From the NCBI GenBank assembly GCA_963739695.1, contig CAVUBB010000005.1, positions 4,342 to 68,341 on the forward strand: 64,000 nt of DNA, in the 5' to 3' direction. The stretch comes from an uncultured Pseudomonadota bacterium. GTDB taxonomy: Bacteria > Pseudomonadota > Gammaproteobacteria > Natronospirales > CAVUBB01. Below, in pieces: positions 20,971 through 32,220 of the stretch. Made by a program: the position numbers and the translations under genes. The stretch's first letter is position 1, and each line of letters starts with the position of its first letter. The notes below the pieces were generated by a model that made no database searches, had not been told where the DNA came from, and worked only from the letters and a program-made list of their open reading frames with translations.

Positions 20971-22560
20971 ATGCCACATAAAATCCATATCACAATCGAC
21001 CCGGACATTCTCCACGATCGGGAAAAGATTCGTCAGCGAATATCCAAAGCGACAGGGTTCCCCTTCGAGGACTTTGTAATCGTAAGGCGTTCCGTGGATG
21101 CACGGAGCAAAAAGCCTCAATATACTCTTCAAGTCGACTTGATAGATAAAAGCGGCCGTGTTCCGGAGCCGGCAACCCCCGCTTTCAGATCTGTCCGGGG
21201 GGATCGATCCGTCTTGATTGTCGGTGCAGGGCCCGCCGGTCTTTTTGCCGCCCTCACGCTGATAGAGCAGGGCATCAAACCGGTTGTCCTTGAACGGGGC
21301 AAGCCTGTCGAGCAGCGCAGCAAGGACATCGCCATGCTGCTGCGTCACGGCCGTTTGGAGGCCGAATCGAATTACTGCTTCGGGGAGGGCGGGGCCGGGA
21401 CCTTTTCGGACGGAAAGCTCTATACGCGTTCCACAAAACGTGGGGATGTCCGGGAAATCCTCGATATATTTATCGCCCACGGGGCCCATAACGAGATTCG
21501 CATCGATGCCCATCCCCACATCGGCTCCAACCGGCTTCCGGGGATCGTCAAAGCGATGCGCCGGACTGTGATAAACTGCGGTGGTGAAATCCACTTCGGT
21601 TGCCGGGTAACTGATTTTCTCATTCGAAAGGGTCGCATCATCGGCGTGGCATCGGACAGAGGATACGGATTCGAGGCCGATGCCGTCATTCTTGCCATGG
21701 GGCATTCGGCACGCGACGTTTACACCCTGTTTCAAAAAAAGAATATCGCCGTGCTGCCGAAAGCCTTTGCGGTGGGGGTTCGGGTTGAGCATCCCCAGGC
21801 CCTCATCGACACCATCCAGTACCACCAGTCACCCAGACACCCGAACCTGCCCCCGGCCACATACCGGTTCACCAGTCGGATCGAGGAACGCGGCGTCTAC
21901 TCTTTCTGTATGTGCCCCGGCGGCCATATCATTCCTGCCGGAACAAGCCCTGATGAGCTGGTGGTCAACGGCATGAGCAATGCCAACAGAAATGCCCCGT
22001 ATGCAAACTCGGGCGTCGTGGTGGAGGTCCGACTTGAGGACATCGAAGCTTATCACAAACAAGGGCCCTTTGCGTTTCTGGCCTTCCAACAGGAACTGGA
22101 ACGCCGCGCATTCCAATTCGGTGGCGCCTCAGGCCAGCAGGCGCCGGCCCAGAGAATGACCGATTTCATTCACGGCAGGCAGTCCGCTTCCCTCCCGGTG
22201 ACCTCTTATCTTCCCGGCATTCAAACGGCGCCGCTTCACGAGCTGTTTCCCCCGTTCCTTGCCCGGCGTCTGGCAAACGGCTTGACGGATTTCGGCAAAA
22301 AACGAAAAGGGTTTGTATCCGAGGAAGCGCTTCTTCTGGCGGTTGAATCGAGAACCAGCGCCCCGGTTACGATCCCCAGGGACGAGATGACGCTGATGCA
22401 CCCTGAACTCAAGGGACTCTACCCATGCGGAGAGGGGGCCGGATATGCAGGTGGCATTGTGTCCTCAGCAATGGACGGCCGGCGGGTCGCAATGAAAATA
22501 TCCGAGGGATTGAAAGCAGGAGGGTTAACTGGTAAGAGAGCAGTGGGCAGTGAACAGTGA
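20971..22560 (+). CDS. FAD-dependent oxidoreductase (COG2509-type NAD(FAD)-utilizing dehydrogenase)
   Basis: 529 aa. VLIVGAGPAGLFAAL dinucleotide fold, YCFGEGGAGTFSDGKLYTR and CMCPGG blocks are typical of this family. Confidence 0.8.
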   Translation: MPHKIHITIDPDILHDREKIRQRISKATGFPFEDFVIVRRSVDARSKKPQYTLQVDLIDKSGRVPEPATPAFRSVRGDRSVLIVGAGPAGLFAALTLIEQGIKPVVLERGKPVEQRSKDIAMLLRHGRLEAESNYCFGEGGAGTFSDGKLYTRSTKRGDVREILDIFIAHGAHNEIRIDAHPHIGSNRLPGIVKAMRRTVINCGGEIHFGCRVTDFLIRKGRIIGVASDRGYGFEADAVILAMGHSARDVYTLFQKKNIAVLPKAFAVGVRVEHPQALIDTIQYHQSPRHPNLPPATYRFTSRIEERGVYSFCMCPGGHIIPAGTSPDELVVNGMSNANRNAPYANSGVVVEVRLEDIEAYHKQGPFAFLAFQQELERRAFQFGGASGQQAPAQRMTDFIHGRQSASLPVTSYLPGIQTAPLHELFPPFLARRLANGLTDFGKKRKGFVSEEALLLAVESRTSAPVTIPRDEMTLMHPELKGLYPCGEGAGYAGGIVSSAMDGRRVAMKISEGLKAGGLTGKRAVGSEQ

Positions 22561-23639
22561 ATGGTAAAAAGGGGCTCAGGAGAATCATGACAGACCTTTC
22601 AGGACAACTCCATCATCTACTGGGAAAAGGACATCCGGTGGTACTGGCAACCGTCATACGTCACGTCGGTTCAACGCCCAGGGGCGCCGGGGCAAAAATG
22701 ATCGTATGCAAAGGGGGGAACATTATCGGCACCATCGGCGGCGGCTCAGTGGAAGCCGAAGTGATCCGAAGCGCTCCGGATGTTTTCAATTCCGGGGGCG
22801 CAATCATCCGACATTTCAACTTCAGCAGTACCGATATAGCAAGCTCCATGGGAATGATCTGCGGTGGAGAAATGGACGTTCTCATGGAGCGTCTGGATTC
22901 CGTTAAAAACACCCTGGCCATATTCAGTGCACTGGCATCAAATATCCGGTCCGGAGAAAAATGTCTCCTGGGCAGGGCCTTCGATCCCGAACACAGCTCA
23001 CCCCGGCATCACCATCTTTTCCTTGTGACCGGTCAAAACGTCGTTTTCGGAAATGCTCCGTTCGACACGGCAGGGCTTGAAGAATTGAAAAAAACCGCAT
23101 TTCAGTGCCGGGCGCCAGTCATGATGTCGGCGGAAAATCTCACTATCATCGTCGATCCGTTTTTGTCCGCAGAATGCGTCTATCTGTTTGGAGCGGGGCA
23201 CGTGTCTCAACAAGTCGCCCGGATCCTGAACATGGTCGATTTCAGAACTGTGGTCATTGATGACCGGAAAGAATTCGCCAACCGGAATCTCTTCCCCACG
23301 GCCGATGATATCTGCGTGCCGGAGAATTTTACCGCGGTATTTTCTGAGCTTCTCATCAAAAGGAACGGCATCATTGTCATCCTCACCCGGGGCCACGCCC
23401 ATGACCAGACCGTACTCGAACAGGCGCTTAAAACCGAGGCCGGGTATATTGGTATGATCGGCAGCAAACGGAAACGGAATACCATTTACGACAATCTATC
23501 GAAAAAGGGAGTACGCCCGGAAGATCTTGCCCGGGTCCACAGCCCTATCGGTCTTGAAATCGGCGCCCAAACACCCGAAGAAATCGCCGTGAGCATCACG
23601 GCCGAGATCATCGCCTACCGTGCGGGCACGAAGTCATGA
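22557..23639 (+). CDS. XdhC/CoxI family molybdoenzyme maturation factor
   Basis: LATVIRHVGSTPRGAGAKMIV...GTIGGGSVE and a Rossmann-like VYLFGAGHVSQQVARIL...VIDDR. 4-nt overlap with the upstream gene. Confidence 0.8.
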   Translation: MNGKKGLRRIMTDLSGQLHHLLGKGHPVVLATVIRHVGSTPRGAGAKMIVCKGGNIIGTIGGGSVEAEVIRSAPDVFNSGGAIIRHFNFSSTDIASSMGMICGGEMDVLMERLDSVKNTLAIFSALASNIRSGEKCLLGRAFDPEHSSPRHHHLFLVTGQNVVFGNAPFDTAGLEELKKTAFQCRAPVMMSAENLTIIVDPFLSAECVYLFGAGHVSQQVARILNMVDFRTVVIDDRKEFANRNLFPTADDICVPENFTAVFSELLIKRNGIIVILTRGHAHDQTVLEQALKTEAGYIGMIGSKRKRNTIYDNLSKKGVRPEDLARVHSPIGLEIGAQTPEEIAVSITAEIIAYRAGTKS

Positions 23640-24781
23640 ACCACCAGGCCATAGTCGCCATCGTCCTCGCTGCGGGAGAATCCGGGCGCATGGGAACGCT
23701 CAAACCGCTTCTGCCCTTGGGGGAAAAATCCGTCCTTGAACGGGTTGTGGCCCTTTTCCATACTGCGGGAATCTCAGAAATTCGGGTGGTGACCGGCCAC
23801 CGTGGAGAAGAAATCCGACATCATCTGCCCTCGCTCCAGGTAACATGGATGCACAACGACAACTATCGCCAGGGAATGTTCTCATCCATCAAAAAAGGGC
23901 TCCGTGACCTGCCATCGGAACTTTCGGGTTTTTTTATGCTGCCCGTCGACATCCCCCTGGTTAGACCCCAAACGATTGCCGCCATGCTGGAAAAATGGAG
24001 CACCCTTGAAAACGAGACATCCATTCTGTATCCTTCCTTCCTGGATGAACGGGGTCACCCGCCGCTTATTTCGACAAGACTCATCCCGGAAATCCTGAGA
24101 TGGAAGGGTCAAGGCGGCCTGAACGCGTTTCTCGAATCACGGGAAGCCGAGGCACGAGACCTGTCCGTCATTGATGAATATATCTTGAAAGACATGGACA
24201 CCCGGCCGGATTACGAGTACCTCACTGCCGCCCGTAACCGATACGATATCCCCACAGCCGCCGAGTGCATGGCGATTTTGAAGGACCGGGCGTTCGTATC
24301 CGACACGACAGCGTCCCATTGCCGTACGGTTGCCAACTTGGCGGTTTATTTAGGGAACCACATTGTTTCAGGAAACAGCGCGATTCACCTCTCCCGCATC
24401 TCTTCGGCCGCCCTGTTGCACGATGTGGCAAAAGGTCGCCCTGACCATGCACGCAAAGGCGCGGCGCTTCTATCGGAATTGGGTTTTCCCGGCATTGCCG
24501 ACATCGTTGCCAGCCATATGGATATCGATTTCCCGGAGGACGCCCCTCTCACCGACCGTGAGGTGGTGTACCTGGCGGATAAGCTCGTCAAAGGCGACAA
24601 GCTGGTCTCCCTGTCCGCTCGTTTCGATGACAAGCTCGCCCGACACGGCCAGGATCCGGACGCAAGAAGCGCCATTTTAAAGCGTAAAGCCGATACCATG
24701 AGGATAGTCCGACGTCTTGAAAAGGAATCCGGAAAACAGCTTCAAAGTTTGCTTAATGAATTTATCCGGAATACCCCATGA
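23636..24781 (+). CDS. MobA/MocA-like nucleotidyltransferase fused to a C-terminal HD domain
   Basis: N-terminus IVLAAGESGRMG...LPVDIPLV (NTP_transf_3-like). C-terminus HCRTVANLAVYLG...LLHDVAKG...VASHMD (HD). 4-nt overlap with xdhC-like gene. Confidence 0.75.
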   Translation: MNHQAIVAIVLAAGESGRMGTLKPLLPLGEKSVLERVVALFHTAGISEIRVVTGHRGEEIRHHLPSLQVTWMHNDNYRQGMFSSIKKGLRDLPSELSGFFMLPVDIPLVRPQTIAAMLEKWSTLENETSILYPSFLDERGHPPLISTRLIPEILRWKGQGGLNAFLESREAEARDLSVIDEYILKDMDTRPDYEYLTAARNRYDIPTAAECMAILKDRAFVSDTTASHCRTVANLAVYLGNHIVSGNSAIHLSRISSAALLHDVAKGRPDHARKGAALLSELGFPGIADIVASHMDIDFPEDAPLTDREVVYLADKLVKGDKLVSLSARFDDKLARHGQDPDARSAILKRKADTMRIVRRLEKESGKQLQSLLNEFIRNTP

Positions 24782-24787
24782 CCATTT

Positions 24788-26068
24788 TCACATAATCCAG
24801 TTGCTGCGCGCAGCAACCACTGCAGCGGCAGTTTCCGGCAACCAGGGGGTGAGTTCCTCTCTAAGATAAAACCGGGGATGAAGCAGGGCATCATCCGCCG
24901 AAACCAGGCCCTCCGACCGCGCCAGACGCTCGATGGCCGTATCAGGATAAATACGAATCCCTACCGACAGACGCATCATATTAAGATCGAGACGATCTGC
25001 GAAGTCAATGCTGTTTTGAACGGTTTCCCGGGTTTCACCCGGGCCGCCCAGCAGTAAAAATCCCATTTGCCGGATGCCATTGGCTTTGAAAAGATTCGAA
25101 ATCCTAACTACCGTTCCAGGGTCGGTATGTTTGTTCATCCATTTCAGTATGGTCTCATCGCCGCTCTCAAAGCCTATCGAAACCTGGGCGCATCCGGCCC
25201 GGGCCATTTTCACCACCAGTTCCTCATCGACAAAGTTGGGGTAGACAATCGCCTGCCACCGGAAGTCGATACCGGCAGCGATAATGGCATCACAAAGGGA
25301 CTTGGCGTAAGACATGGGAAGATTGAAGGTGTTGTCGACGAAATAAATCTGTGAGATCCCTGCTTCCACGTAACGACGCAGCGCAGCCGTAACCGAAGCG
25401 GTGGAACGCTTTCTTAATCTGCGTCCTTCGATTGCCGGTGTGGAGCAGTAGCTGCAGCCCATGGCGCATCCACGCCGGGTTTGAAACGGCAACCAGATAT
25501 TTCGGGTATCAAAATCGGGATGTGTCGAAAGCAACGGGTCGGGAATCGGCAGCGCATAGTCGTCAAGCACTTTATGAACAGCGGACGACCGCGCCGGCCG
25601 GCCATCGGAAAAATAAAGGCCGGGTAGCCGGGGTATGCTTTCCCCCCGCTCAAGGTAGGACAGGAGTGTAACAAAAGTCCCCTCCCCTTCCCCCTGGATT
25701 CCCATATCCGCCCCCAGGTAATTCAAAACACTCTGCGGATAGATACTGAACCCGGCGCCGCCAAGAATCACCGGGGAGTCCGAACTCCGACGGCAGGCAT
25801 CCACCACCGGTTTGACCGCATCCAGGAGGAATCGGGTCTGCGCCGCGGATTGATCGTCGATGTTGCGTACCGAAATACCGATCACTTCCGGGGAAAATGT
25901 ACAAACGGTTTCTATCACCAGCCGTCGGGAATCCGCCGGTGTCATCAGATTCACGGTTCTTACCGAATGCCCCGCCTGTTGCGCGGCCTGGGCCACGCAT
26001 GCCATGCCCAGCGGCATCACCGGCATATTTATCTGTTCCGTATTGGCTGAAATCAGTAATACTTTCAT
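24788..26068 (-). CDS. B12-binding-domain radical SAM enzyme
   Basis: N-terminal MKVLLISAN...PLGMACVAQAAQQAGH (cobalamin-binding-like domain), then RRGCAMGCSYC (CxxxCxxC). Confidence 0.85.
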   Translation of the reverse strand: MKVLLISANTEQINMPVMPLGMACVAQAAQQAGHSVRTVNLMTPADSRRLVIETVCTFSPEVIGISVRNIDDQSAAQTRFLLDAVKPVVDACRRSSDSPVILGGAGFSIYPQSVLNYLGADMGIQGEGEGTFVTLLSYLERGESIPRLPGLYFSDGRPARSSAVHKVLDDYALPIPDPLLSTHPDFDTRNIWLPFQTRRGCAMGCSYCSTPAIEGRRLRKRSTASVTAALRRYVEAGISQIYFVDNTFNLPMSYAKSLCDAIIAAGIDFRWQAIVYPNFVDEELVVKMARAGCAQVSIGFESGDETILKWMNKHTDPGTVVRISNLFKANGIRQMGFLLLGGPGETRETVQNSIDFADRLDLNMMRLSVGIRIYPDTAIERLARSEGLVSADDALLHPRFYLREELTPWLPETAAAVVAARSNWIM

Positions 26069-26160
26069 GGTATTTGACCTTTAGTTCATATTATTGTCAG
26101 ACTTATCTCTCTTATCAACAAGTTGTCAATTGCAAAGGAAACAAAATGGCTTATTATAAG

Positions 26161-26304
26161 GAGCCAGTTTCAAAACGTTTCAGTTTGGCCAAGCTCAAGG
26201 CGGATCGGAAATTTCAACCGCAGGCATACTATGGGTATTTCGAGGATTGAAATTTCCGACCAACGCAGAGATCGGCCGAAATGGGGCGTTTTGAAATTGG
26301 CTCT
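26161..26304. repeat. 144-bp MITE-like element, copy 2 (inverted relative to copy 1)
   Basis: GAGCCAGTTTCAAAACG...CGTTTTGAAATTGGCTCT. Its reverse complement aligns along the full length with 5937..6080. Confidence 0.8.
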
Positions 26305-26381
26305 AAGGAAAAACATTTGCCTTATGTTGTATCTTGTCATAAATTTAAACAATAAAAAATCGCTCAATCCAAATTTCCCTA

Positions 26382-27764
26382 TTGGAGTTCGAAATGAAAA
26401 TATCTGGCCCAGTGACAATGCTCCCGGTCGTCGTATGGTTGTTACTTTCTTTTTCCGGAACAGGCATTGCAGAGACTGAAATCAGCGTTCCTCGGCTTCT
26501 TGAGATGACGGAAGCCATCCGTATTGCCGTTATCCACAATCCTGCCGTTACCGAAGCCGAGGCCCTGGTCTCCGCCTCCGACGAGCGCATGGTCCAGGCG
26601 AGATCGGGCCTTTACCCCCAGATCAATGTCTCCGGGACGTTCAGCAGAACCACAAGCCCCATGCTGGCCTTCGGAACAAAGCTGAACCAGGGACGCATCA
26701 GTGGGGAAGATTTTATCCCGGACCGCCTTAACGATCCGGAGGCAATCGACAATTACGGACTGACGTTCTCGGCTATGTGGTCCCTGTTTGACAGCGGGCA
26801 GACATGGTACGGCCTCCGGCAGGCGCAGATGGGTCAAGCCACCGCCGGCCTTGTATTGGACCGGACGATCCAGGAAATCATCGCCCGCACGGTATCCACC
26901 TACAACGGATTGTTGCTTTCTATGCAACAGCATGAGACGGTTCTACAGGCGCTGAAAACAGCTGAAGCCAACCAACAGACGGTGCGTTCCCGTTTTGAAA
27001 GCGGGTTTGTCGTAAAAAGTGACCTTCTGCAAACCCAGGTGCATATTGCCAATCTGAATCAACAACGGCTTCAGGCAGAAAGCGGGATATTGGTGGCACG
27101 GGCGGAACTGTGCATGGCCATGGGTGTCGACGCCGACAGGTCTTTTGAACCGGCAGACAGCCTTGAAAGCGAAGATGAAACGACGGGGACACTGGATGAG
27201 TGGCTAAATAAAGCCGCTACTACCCGTCCGGATTTTAAAGCGCTGCTTCAGCAGGAGTCCATGGCGGAAACCGAGGTCAAAAAGGCCTCGGCGGCCCGGC
27301 TGCCCAGCGTTTCCCTTTCCGCAGATTACGGCACCAACTCCGAAAGTTTTAACGATGGCAACGACAGTTATTCTCTTGGCGCTCTGGTAAATCTGAATCT
27401 GTTTTCCGGTTTCAGGGTTTCGGCCAAAGTAGGAGAAGCCGCCGCGATGCTTAAGCGGATTAAGGCCGGACGCGCCGCCCTGGAGCAGAGGATATCCGTT
27501 GAAACAAGGCGCGCCTTTTATCAGGCGAAAAGCACCTGGGCGCAAATTCGGGTTGCGGACGCTTCCATGGCCCAGGCCGAGGAAGCGCTTCGCATTGTAA
27601 AAAACCGGTACGAGGGCGGCCTGTTCACCATCGTGGAACTTCTGAATGCGGAACTGGTGCTGCAGCAGGCACGGACCAACCGACTTCGGGCAATCCATGA
27701 TTATAATGCCGCCAGGGTCGATCTGATGCTGGCAACCGGTACACTGGATGTGGATTTTAAATGA
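26382..27764 (+). CDS. TolC-family outer-membrane efflux protein
   Basis: 460 aa, signal peptide, two OEP-type repeats (e.g. NPAVTEAEALVSASDERMVQARSGLYPQINVSG..., RYEGGLFTIVELLNAELVLQQAR). Confidence 0.85.
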   Translation: MEFEMKISGPVTMLPVVVWLLLSFSGTGIAETEISVPRLLEMTEAIRIAVIHNPAVTEAEALVSASDERMVQARSGLYPQINVSGTFSRTTSPMLAFGTKLNQGRISGEDFIPDRLNDPEAIDNYGLTFSAMWSLFDSGQTWYGLRQAQMGQATAGLVLDRTIQEIIARTVSTYNGLLLSMQQHETVLQALKTAEANQQTVRSRFESGFVVKSDLLQTQVHIANLNQQRLQAESGILVARAELCMAMGVDADRSFEPADSLESEDETTGTLDEWLNKAATTRPDFKALLQQESMAETEVKKASAARLPSVSLSADYGTNSESFNDGNDSYSLGALVNLNLFSGFRVSAKVGEAAAMLKRIKAGRAALEQRISVETRRAFYQAKSTWAQIRVADASMAQAEEALRIVKNRYEGGLFTIVELLNAELVLQQARTNRLRAIHDYNAARVDLMLATGTLDVDFK

Positions 27765-27773
27765 AATAGGAGA

Positions 27774-28940
27774 TTGAACATGTCTTCTTCGAAACTGTAC
27801 ACCTTGATCGCTATTCTTCCCATTATTCTATTCGCCGGCTGCGGCGACACAAAAGATTCAGGGCATTCCGATTCGCAAACCGGCGTCAAAGCACCTGTGG
27901 CCACGATCGAGGAAACCGTGCGGCCCATGTATCTTGAAGCAGTAGGAACGATTCAGTCCATGACCACCGGAACCCTATCCGCAAAAATCATGGGCACTAT
28001 CCGGACCGTTCATGTGAAGGAAGGAGACCGTGTCAAGGCAGGCGATCTGCTGGTATCCATCGACAACAGGCAGGTTGCGGCTCAACTCGCCCAGGCGAAT
28101 GCCGTGGTGTCCGAAGCGCGTCAGGGTGCATCCGCCGCCGATTCCGCAAAAAAGGCGGCCCAGGCGGGCGCCGACCTGGCTGCCGCCACCTATGAGCGAT
28201 ATAATAAGCTCCTGGACGATGACTCCGTAAGCCGGCAGGAATACGATGAGGTCTCCGCCAGGTATCAACAGGCCCGGGCCGCCATGAAACAGGCGCAGGA
28301 AATGGCTGCAGCAGCCCGCGCCCGGGTCCACCAGGCGGAATCGGGACTGGCCGCGACTGCGGTCGCCGACAAGGACGCCACTGTCCAGGCGCCTTATAAC
28401 GGCGTCGTCAGCGCCAAACTGGTAGAAGCGGGCGATCTTGCCACACCGGGAAGGCCGCTGCTCACCTTTGAAAGCGAAACCGGCTTTGAAATGGCGGTGG
28501 ATCTTCCTGAAACGCTGTTTGGTTCCGTAGCGACCGGTCAGCCGGTCACGATACGAATTCCCGCGCTGAACGATCTTGCCCTGGCCGGTCAGGTGACAGC
28601 AGTGTCCCCTGCCGCCGACGCACAAAGCCGAAGCTTTCTGGTCAAGATCAGCCTTCCGGAAAACAACCGGGTTCACGCCGGCATGTTTGCCAGGGCTGAG
28701 ATACCCACCGGAGATGAGCGGGTTCTTCTCGTTCCTCGAAGTGCCGTTTTACATCAGGGGCCTCTTACCGGCATCTTTGTCCTGGACGACAAGGAAACAG
28801 CTCGGTTTCGCCTGGTTCGAACCGGCCGCTTCATTAATGATGCGGTGCAGATCATCTCCGGCCTGAAATCGGGCACGCGGTTTGTGACACAACCACCCCC
28901 GACTCTGGCGGACGGCGACAGAGTGGAGGTTGGCCTATGA
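27774..28940 (+). CDS. RND efflux periplasmic adaptor (MFP) lipoprotein
   Basis: Lipobox LFAGC, then barrel-sandwich, coiled-coil and beta-barrel organisation ([24 protein letters not shown]..., [16 protein letters not shown]...). Confidence 0.85.
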   Translation: MNMSSSKLYTLIAILPIILFAGCGDTKDSGHSDSQTGVKAPVATIEETVRPMYLEAVGTIQSMTTGTLSAKIMGTIRTVHVKEGDRVKAGDLLVSIDNRQVAAQLAQANAVVSEARQGASAADSAKKAAQAGADLAAATYERYNKLLDDDSVSRQEYDEVSARYQQARAAMKQAQEMAAAARARVHQAESGLAATAVADKDATVQAPYNGVVSAKLVEAGDLATPGRPLLTFESETGFEMAVDLPETLFGSVATGQPVTIRIPALNDLALAGQVTAVSPAADAQSRSFLVKISLPENNRVHAGMFARAEIPTGDERVLLVPRSAVLHQGPLTGIFVLDDKETARFRLVRTGRFINDAVQIISGLKSGTRFVTQPPPTLADGDRVEVGL

Positions 28941-31900
28941 CTGCAAAAACAGGGCCGTGCCGGAAAAATAGCGGGATTTTTCATCAATTCCAAGCTGACC
29001 CCCCTGATAATTGTCGCTTCCATCCTCCTGGGCATCGCGGCCATCATTGCGCTGCCCCGGGAAGAGGAGCCCCAGATCATCGTCCCCATGATCGACATCT
29101 TTGTCCGGATGCCCGGTTCGATTCAAAGGAAGTGGAGCAGCGATTTACCAAGCCCATGGAAAAACTGCTGTGGGAAATCCCGGGCGTGGAGTATGTCTAT
29201 TCCACCTCCAGCCCGGGCATGTCCATGGCCATCGTGCGGTTTTATGTCGGCGAAGACGAAGAAAAAGCCATTGTACGCCTGCAGTCCAAACTGATGGCCA
29301 ACATGGACCGAATTCCCCTGCTGCGTCACCTCGCCCCTTGATCAAACCGCGCTATATCGACGATGTCCCCATACTGGCGCTCACTTTCTGGGGCGACACT
29401 GCAGATCACTATACCCTGCGACGGGTGGCCGCGGAAGTGGAAGATCTGCTCAAGCGGGAGCCGAATGTCTTCCATCACCACTCTCATCGGCGGTAGAGAA
29501 CCGTCAGGTTGAAGTTCGACTGGATCCGGTCCGTCTGGCGCCTTCGGCCTCGACTGGAAGCGGTAGCCGGCATGTTGTCTTGCCGGCCAACCAGGACGCC
29601 GATGCCGGCAGCTTACCCCTCCTCGTGGGTCAGAGTCTCGTTCATGCCGGCGGATTTTCTCAAGGATGCGGAAGATGTGGCCGGGTGGTGGTCGGCGTAT
29701 CCGGAGCGGCCAAACCGGTATACCTGCGGGATGTCGCCGACATCGTCGACGGCCCCGAGGAGCCCGCCCAGTATGTTTTTTTCGGCAGGACCGGCCGCCG
29801 GGCCGAGAATGCCACGGCCGTCACGGGCGCCATGCATCCGGCGGTCACCCTGACCGTGGCCAAACGCAAGGGAACCAACGCCATCAGCTGTGGCCGACAA
29901 GGTGCTGGAGCGCCTTGAGGATGCCCGCGGCACGGTCATTCCCGACAATATCCACATCACCATCACCCGGCATTACGGCGAAACAGCCAAGGAAAAATCC
30001 GACGAACTGCTGCTTCACATGCTCATCGCCATCATATCGGTTACCGTCCTCATCTGGTTTACCCTGGGGCACCGGGAATCCGGCGTAGTGGCCTTCGCCA
30101 TCCCGGTCACTCTGGCCCTGACTATGGCTGTCTTTTATCTGTACGGCTATACCCTCAACCGCATCACCCTTTTTGCCCTGATTTTTTCCATCGGCATCCT
30201 GGTGGACGACGCCATCGTGGTGGTGGAAAACATCGTGCGCCATTTCCACCTCGATGAAAACCAGGGCCGTAGCCAAATTAAAAGTCGCCATCGAAGCCGT
30301 GGACGAAGTCGGCAACCCCACCATCCTGGCCACCTTGACCGTCATTGCCGCCATTCTTGCCCATGGCCTTCGTGGGCGGACTCATGGGGCCTTATATGCG
30401 CCCGATCCCGGTCGGTTCGTCGGCCGCCATGGTCTTTTCGCTGATTATCGCCTTTATCGTCACCCCCTGGGCTTCGGTGCGGCTGATCCGATAAGCATGA
30501 AACCGCCGGCGGCCGAAGGCCGCAATCGATCACCATCACCGGAAGACTGGGCCACCGTGCTTTACCGCCGGGTCATGGAGCCCTTTGATCCACAGCGCCA
30601 ACTGGCGGTGGGGCTTTCTCTGCGGGTGATCGTAGCTGCTGCTGGTCGCCTTGAGCACTGGTGGCCTGGGACTGGTCCGGGTCAAAATGCTGCCCTTTGA
30701 CAACAAAAGCGAATTTCAGGTGATCATCGATCTGCCCGAATCCGCCACCCTTGAAGAGACCGCCGCCGCTGCCATGGAGATGGGCGATTATCTGAAGACG
30801 GTCAACGAAGTCACCGATTACGAAATTTACGTCGGCACCTCCGGGCCCTTTAATTTCAACGGACTGGTGCGTCATTACTACCTGCGGCACGGCGCCCATA
30901 CCAGGCAGACATCCAGGTGAACCTGGCGGGCAAAGGCAGAGCGCCAAGAACAGAGCCATGCCATCGCCAAACGCGTGCGCCCGGCCCTAAAGAGCCATTG
31001 CCGACCGCTATGGCGCGCGGGTCAAAGTGGCCGAAGTGCCTCCCGGCCCGCCGGTGCTGTCCACCCTGGTGGCGGAAGTATACGGTCCGGATTATCAGCG
31101 CCAGCGTGAACTTGCGCTCAGGATTCGGGGGATATTCGAGCAGACCGCCGGCGTGGTGGATGTGGACTGGTATCATGGAAGGAGACCAGCGAACGCTACC
31201 AGCTGGAGGTGGACCGTCAAAAGGCGGCCCTGCACGGCATCAGCACCGCCCAGATCACCGGCCGCTACGCTCGGCCTGAGCGGACGGCAGGTCGGGTCTG
31301 CTTCATCTGCCGCGAGGAGCGAGAAGATGTGCCGATCATCCTGCGGCTGCCCTGGCATTCCCGGGCCGGCATCGACCGGCTGATGGCCATCAAAATCGCC
31401 AGCCCCGGCGGCAGACCATGATCTCCCTAGCTCCGACCTCGTGCACGGTGAAGCGGACGCCGATCGACAGGAGCATTTACCATAAAAACCTGATGCCGGT
31501 GGTTTACGTGATCGGGGATGTCGCCGGCGGCAAAGGAAAGCCCGGTCTATGCCATTCTGGAAATGCGCAAGAAAGATCGACGGCACTCACGATTCCCGAA
31601 GGTTACCGTATTGCCCAGCATCACCGCCGACTGTCCCGGAAAGCGACCGCAACTTCCCATGAAATGGGACGGCGAATGGCAGATCACCTACGAGGTATTC
31701 CGTGATCTCGGGCATCGCCTTCGCTGTGGTGCTGCATTCTTATTTTCGTGCTGGTGGTAGGATGGTTCCAGTCCTTTTCCACCCCGTTCGTGATCATGGT
31801 GGCCATTCCTTTTTCACTGATCGGGATTCTGCCGGCCCACTGGCTCATGGGTGCTTTTTTCACCGCCACCTCCATGATCGGCTTTATTGCCGGTGCCGGC

Positions 31901-32215
31901 ATCGTGGTACGCAATTCCATCATCCTGGTGGATTTCATCGAACTGCGCGTCAGGCAGGGCATGCCCCTGGATCAGGCGGTGATGGACGCCGGCGCCGTCC
32001 GCTTCCGCCCCATGATGCTGACGGCGGCAGCGGTGGTGGTCGGCGCCTCGGTAATTCTTTTCGATCCGATTTTTCAGGGACTGGCGATCTCTCTGATGGC
32101 CGGTGAAGTTGCTTCTCTGCTTTTTTCGCGCATGACGGTTCCCATCCTCTATTTCTTGAAAAAGCGCTGGGAAAAGACCCATCTACATCATGAAGAAATA
32201 GGAAAGGAACGCTGA
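28937..32215 (+). pseudogene. RND efflux permease (AcrB/CzcA superfamily), shattered by roughly 8 or more frame changes
   Basis: Colinear RND blocks lie in different frames: [48 protein letters not shown] (my translation), [126 protein letters not shown], and [22 protein letters not shown]...[34 protein letters not shown]. Confidence 0.85.
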
Positions 32216-32220
32216 AAATA

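Noticed and set aside
20021-21825. 318-aa and 289-aa minus-strand ORFs
   Set aside because: They lie antisense to the sigma-54 activator (GAFTGA, Walker motifs) and the FAD protein. No family features were seen.
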